Shown here piece after piece: positions 59,072 through 64,000 of a stretch of 64,000 bases of DNA. Position 1 is the stretch's first letter. Every line of letters begins with the position of its first letter. Below the pieces are notes generated by a model. The model was not told where the DNA came from, made no database searches, and saw nothing but the letters and a program-made list of their open reading frames with translations. Position numbers and translations under genes: made by a program. This stretch comes from an uncultured Chloroflexia bacterium. GTDB taxonomy: Bacteria > Chloroflexota > Limnocylindria > QHBO01. The stretch spans positions 1 through 64,000 of the forward strand of contig CAWHAZ010000007.1 in the NCBI GenBank assembly GCA_963827475.1, written 5' to 3'.

Positions 59072-62000
59072 TCAGGCGAAGGCGTCGCGGACGATGCGAG
59101 CCTGCTCCGCGGCGTGAGCGGCGGGGTAGCCCTCGGCCGGGCGCGAGCGCTCCGGACGGGAGACGTCGCCCAGCGGAATCTTGAGCGCGACGATGGAGCG
59201 GATCTTGGGCAGCACGAACTTGCGCGCGCCCATGTTCCGCGGCTCCTCCTGCACCCAGCTCACCTTGCGCACCCGCGCGTAGCGGGCCAGCACGGCGGCC
59301 AGCGTCTCGCTGGGGAAGGGGTAGAGCTGCTCGACCCGGATGAGGGCCACGTCGGCGGCGGCCGCCCGCTCCTCCGACAGGGCCAGGTCGTAGTAGATCT
59401 TGCCGCTGCACAGGATGACCCGCCGCACGGCGGCCGCCGCCGCATCGGTCTGGCGCTCCGGGTCATCCACCACCGGCGCCCAGCCGCCGCTCGCCAGCTC
59501 GGACGGTCGTGACGCTGCCTCCGGCAGGCGGAGCAGGGACTTCGGGGTCATGACCACCAGGGGGCGAAGCTCCGCATGGAGGCCCTGGCGGCGGAGGAGG
59601 TGGAAGTACTGGGCCGCGGTGGTCGGGTAGGCGACCCGGATGTTGCCCTCCGCCCCGAGGGCGAGGAACCGCTCCAGGCGGGCGCTCGAATGCTCCGGCC
59701 CCTGGCCCTCGTAGCCGTGGGGCAGCAGAAGCGTCAGGCGGGACGTCTGCCGCCACTTCGCCAGCCCGGCGATGATGAACTGGTCGACCACGATCTCGGC
59801 CCCGTTGACGAAGTCGCCGTACTGCGCTTCCCACAGGACGAGGGCCTCGGGCACGGTCACCGCGTAGCCGTACTCGAAGGCGAGGCACGCGTACTCGCTC
59901 AGCGGGGAGTTGTGGACCTCGAAGCTGGCCTTCGCCTCGGCGAGGTGTTGCATCGGCGACCACGTGGCGTCGGTCGCGGCGTCGACCAGGACGGCGTGGC
60001 GCTGGCCGAAGGTGCCACGGACCGTGTCCTGGCCGGTGAGGCGGATCGGGACGCCGTCGCGCAGCAGGGCGGCGAACGCGAGGGCCTCCGCATGGCCCCA
60101 CTCGACACCCGGGTCGTCGCTGCCCATCGCGTCGCGGCGGCGGCCGATCTGGCGCACGAGCTTGGGATGGACGGTGAACTCCGCCGGCGTGGCGTTGAGC
60201 TCGCCGTTCAGCGCGAGAAGCGTATCCATGCCCACTGCGGTCGATGGCTCGGCCGGATGCTCGATGGTCAGCGCGTCCTCGCCCCGGTCGAGCGGCGGCT
60301 CGGCGTGGGCCTTGCGGACGGCGGCCTGGGCCGATCACCAGCACGCGCCGCACTTCGTCGGCCATGGCCGCGGCCTGCTTGGCCGAGAGGACTCGCGCCT
60401 CGACCAGCCGATCCGCGTACTGGGCCCGGACCGATGGTTGGCGGGCGATCCGCTCGTACATCAGCGGCTGGGTGTAGGACGGCTCATCCGCCTCGTTGTG
60501 CCCGTACCTGCGGTAGCCGACCAGGTCGATGACCACGTCGCCGTCGAATTCGGCCCGGTAGGCCATCGCCAGGCGGACCGCGTCCAGGCAGGCTTCCGGA
60601 TCGTCGGCGTTGACGTGGATGATCGGTACGTCGAAGCCCTTGGCCAGGTCGGAGGCCCATGTCGTGCTTCGCGCCTCGCCGACCGCGGTGGTGAAGCCGA
60701 TCTGGTTGTTGGCGATGAGGTGGACGGTGCCCCCGTTGGCATATCCCGCCAGGCGGGACAGGTTGAAGGTCTCCGCCACCACGCCCTGGGCGGCGAACGC
60801 CGCGTCCCCGTGGATGAGGATCGGGATCGTCCGGCTGGTGTCGACGCGGACCAGGGGGCCGCGGTGATCCGCCTGCTCGCCGCGGGCGCGGCCCTCCACC
60901 ACCGGCCCCACCGCCTCCAGGTGCGAGGGGTTCGGCATGAGGTTGACCTCCACCGTGCCATGCCGCGTCTCGTGCGTGCCCCCGGCGCCGAGGTGGTACT
61001 TCACGTCGTCGATCTCACGCCCCTCGGAACGCGCCCGGTGCCCGCTCCGGCCCGCCTCGAACTCGGCCAGGACCGATTGGAGCGGCAGCCCGACGATATG
61101 GGCGAGAACATTCAGCCGGCCGCGGTGGGCCATCCCGATGACCGCCCGCCGGGTGCCCTGCTCGGCGACCAGCTCGAGGACGAGGTCGAGCATGGGGACC
61201 ATCGTGTCCAGCCCCTCGATGCTGAACCGCTTCTGGCCGAGGTACGCCTTGTGCAGGAACTGCTCGAGCCCCTCCACCGCGGTCAGCCGGGCGAGCAGGC
61301 GCTTGCGCTCCTTCCGCTTCAGGCCTGACCGATATCGGCCCGACTCGATCGCCTCCCGGAGCCACGTCCGCTCGGCGTGGTTGGCGATGTGCTCGACCTC
61401 GTAGGCGATCGTCCCGCTGTAGGTCCGGCGCAGGCTCTCGAGGACTTCCGCCAGGGTGTCGCCGGAGACGTGGACGTTGAGCAGGTCGGCGCTGATCCGT
61501 CCCGCGGCGGCCGGGTCGAGGCCGTGGAACGCCGGGTCGAGGGCGGGGTCGCCCGGCGGGTCTGTCCCGAGCGGGTCGAGCCGGGCGGCGAGGTGGCCGT
61601 AGAGGCGGTGGGCGTCGATGAGGGCCATGGCCGAGGCCATGCGGGCCAGGTCCGCGCCGGAGACGGTCACCGCGGGCCCCGACGGTCCGCTGACCACGGG
61701 CTCGCCGGGTGCGGCTGTCGGGGCTGACGTGGTCTCGGCCGTGCTGGCCGGGGTGCCGGCGGCCGACAGGTCGGCCAGCGGTCCGACAGCCAGAGAGGTG
61801 GCCACCGCCTCGTAGAAGCCGTCGGCGCCGCCGACCAGGTCCGCCACGCGGCGCAGGAAGGCGCCCGATTCCGCGCCCTGGATCACGCGGTGGTCGTAGG
61901 TGGACGTGACGGTCATCACGCGGGAGGTGCCCACGTCCCGGATGGCGCCGGTGGCCACGATGCAGCCCTGACCGACCATCAGCCGGGGCAGCGAGGCGGT

Positions 62001-62711
62001 CGTGCCCAGGGTTCCGGGATTGGTCAGGGTGATCGTCGCGCCCGCGTAGTCGTCGGGACCGAGGCTTCCGTCCCGGGCGCCGGCCACCAGCTCCTCGTAG
62101 CGGGCATGGAACGCGGCGAACTCCATGTCCTGTGCTCCCTTGATGACCGGCACCACCAGGAAGCGGCCACCGTCCGGCCGCTCGACGTCCACCGCCAGCC
62201 CGAGGTTGACGGCCCCCGGATCGACGACGTGGGCTTTGCCCCCGACGTCCGCGAACGCTCGCGTCATGCCCGGCTGCTCCCCGGCGGCGCGGGCGACCGC
62301 GTACCCGACCAGGTGGGTGAAGCTGACCTTGCGCGGCGCGACGAGCTCGTTCAGCTGGCGTCGTCGCGCCTCGAGGACCTCGGTCGGGACGTCCCGGAAC
62401 GACGTGGCGGTGGGAACCGTGAGCGAGGCCGCCATGTTGGCCGCCAGCCGGGCGGAGGGCCCGCGGAGCGCGGTGGCGCCCGGCGGCGGCTCCTCGGCTT
62501 GCTCCGGGGCGGCCGCCGGCTCCGGTGGGCGGATCGGTTCAAACCCCCCCAGCCCGGCGTCGAACAGGCGCCGCCACTCGGTCTCGACGCTGGTCGGATC
62601 GGATCTGTATTGCTCGTAGACCGATGCGACGTAGCCCGCGTTCAGCCCTTCGAGGGCGTCGTCGAGCGCCTTGTCGATCGGGGAGCGGCCGTTGCCGTCG
62701 TCGGGGGGCAC
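59072..62711 (-). CDS. kgd: Multifunctional 2-oxoglutarate decarboxylase/dehydrogenase (E2 catalytic domain fused to E1; frameshift ~60335)
   Basis: TYDHRVIQGAESG, KRFSIEG, GMAHRGRLN, HGDAAF, GHNE.D, WEAQYGDF, LPHGYEGQGPEHSS. Confidence 0.92.
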
Positions 62712-62787
62712 GCCGTAAGAATAGAGGCGGCCGCGGTGGCGGGCGGCGTCTATCGTTCAGCCACCATCCCCAATGGGAGCCGGCACC

Positions 62788-63105
62788 ATGATCGCTCGCA
62801 TCTGGCGCGGTCGGACCCGCGCCGAGCAGTCCGATGACTACCTCACCTTCCTCGAGCAAACCGGGTTCGCGGAGTACCGGGCCACGGACGGCAACCGCGG
62901 CGTGCTCTGCCTCAGGCGCGAAGTCGACGGGGCGTCCGAGTTCACCCTGATCACGCTGTGGGACTCCATGGACGCGATTCGACGCTTCGCCGGCGACGAG
63001 CCCGAGCTCGCGAAGTACTACCCCGACGATCCGACCTACCTGCTCGAGATGACCCGGTTCGTCGACCACTACGAGGTGGCCTGGCGCGACCTCGACGCGG
63101 TCTAG
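62788..63105 (+). CDS. ABM-like (antibiotic biosynthesis monooxygenase fold) protein
   Basis: MIARIWRG, GNRG, ITLWDS.DAIR.FAG, YYP.D. Confidence 0.75.
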   Translation: MIARIWRGRTRAEQSDDYLTFLEQTGFAEYRATDGNRGVLCLRREVDGASEFTLITLWDSMDAIRRFAGDEPELAKYYPDDPTYLLEMTRFVDHYEVAWRDLDAV

Positions 63106-63695
63106 CTCAGCTCCAGGCGGACGATCGGCCGGCCCTCGGCCCGGCGTTCGACCTCGGTAAAGCCCACGCGGGTGAACATGGCCAGCGTGCCGGTGAACAC
63201 GTTCGACTGCGGGTGGCGCTCCCCGCCAGTGTCGATCGGGTAACCCTCCAGCACGCGGGCGCCGCCGGCCCGAGCATGGTCGATCGCCGCCCGGAGAAGG
63301 GTCATGGCGATCCCCTTCCCTCGCTGCGCCCGTGGCATCCAGAAGCACACGATGGACCACACGCCCTCGTCGGCGGCCTCCGGGTTGCGCCGGCCCGGAC
63401 CGATGCTCGGCGAGCGGATGACTCGCCCGTAGTCCGGGCGCGGCGCGACGCTGATCCAGCCCACCGGTTTGCCGTCGCGGTAGGCGACCAGCCCCGGCTG
63501 CCGGTTCGCCGCGGTCAGCTCGCCCAGGAGCGCCTTGTTCCCGGCGCCCTTGTCGCGGATCCCGCGGTCGAACTCGGCGCCCGTCTGCCGCCACCACGTG
63601 CACCAGCAGTTCGAGAACGCCCCGCTCGGCCCGAACAGCTCCACCAGGTCGGGCCACCGCTCGGCGGTGAGCGGCCGGACCTCGACATCGCTCAC
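63102..63695 (-). CDS. GNAT-family acetyltransferase
   Basis: CWC.WWR, PVGW, WSIVCF, RGKGIA, LEGYP, GF. Confidence 0.85.
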   Translation of the reverse strand: MSDVEVRPLTAERWPDLVELFGPSGAFSNCWCTWWRQTGAEFDRGIRDKGAGNKALLGELTAANRQPGLVAYRDGKPVGWISVAPRPDYGRVIRSPSIGPGRRNPEAADEGVWSIVCFWMPRAQRGKGIAMTLLRAAIDHARAGGARVLEGYPIDTGGERHPQSNVFTGTLAMFTRVGFTEVERRAEGRPIVRLELS

Positions 63696-64000
63696 GTCCG
63701 GAGGTCCTCGGCCATCCGGCGCGTCTGCTCGGCATGCCATGCCAGGCCCATGTCCTCGAAGCGAGCGATCGCATCGGCCAACAGGTCGCGGTCCCTGCGG
63801 ACGACGCCCAGAGCCCGCACCGCGAATGGGGCGATGTACGAGTCGGGCCGGACCCACCGCGGGGCATCGGCCTCGATCCGCTCCCGATCGCCGAGCAGCG
63901 TGAGGCCATCAAGCATGGCGACCCATATGCTCCCAGCGGGTCAGGTACAGCCACGCTGGCTGGACCGAATCCACCACTCGGCGTACCTCCCCGAGATCGC
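63692..64000 (-). CDS. 3' end of a protein with a TPR-like C-terminus (truncated by the window edge)
   Basis: ALGVVRRDRDLLADAIARFEDMGLAWHAEQTRRM; stop overlaps the GNAT start. Confidence 0.5.

Overview
Very GC-rich, gene-dense bacterial chromosomal window. A monoderm soil/freshwater lineage such as Chloroflexota or deep Actinomycetota is plausible but cannot be proven from the sequence. Single-base frameshifts are frequent, even in essential genes, which points to an uncorrected long-read assembly. Content in order: (1) tail of an ABC-transporter-dependent glycan locus making a CDP-linked methylated 6-deoxysugar; (2) a suf Fe-S operon with an internal IscR-like Rrf2 regulator that runs directly into moeZ-cysO-cysM-mec; (3) peptidases, lipid genes, lgt, transsulfuration genes, a truncated haemoglobin, mmsA, mdh/gltA, upp, bactofilin, asparaginase and gltX; (4) three tandem ~3.2 kb paralogs of a zinc-ribbon + class III nucleotide cyclase + STAND-type ATPase + TPR-like protein, with conserved cyclase/ATPase halves and diverged repeat halves (best candidate for an unstudied system; a probable fourth relative is cut by the right edge); (5) a MarR/small-protein divergon, mutY, a short aspartokinase, a lysyl-oxidase-like lipoprotein, thrC/tag/thrB and a Kgd-type 2-oxoglutarate dehydrogenase. 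Window-wide patterns: many apparently leaderless genes, and convergent genes that share one CTAG as both stop codons. No tRNA, rRNA, CRISPR array, transposase or integrase was recognised.
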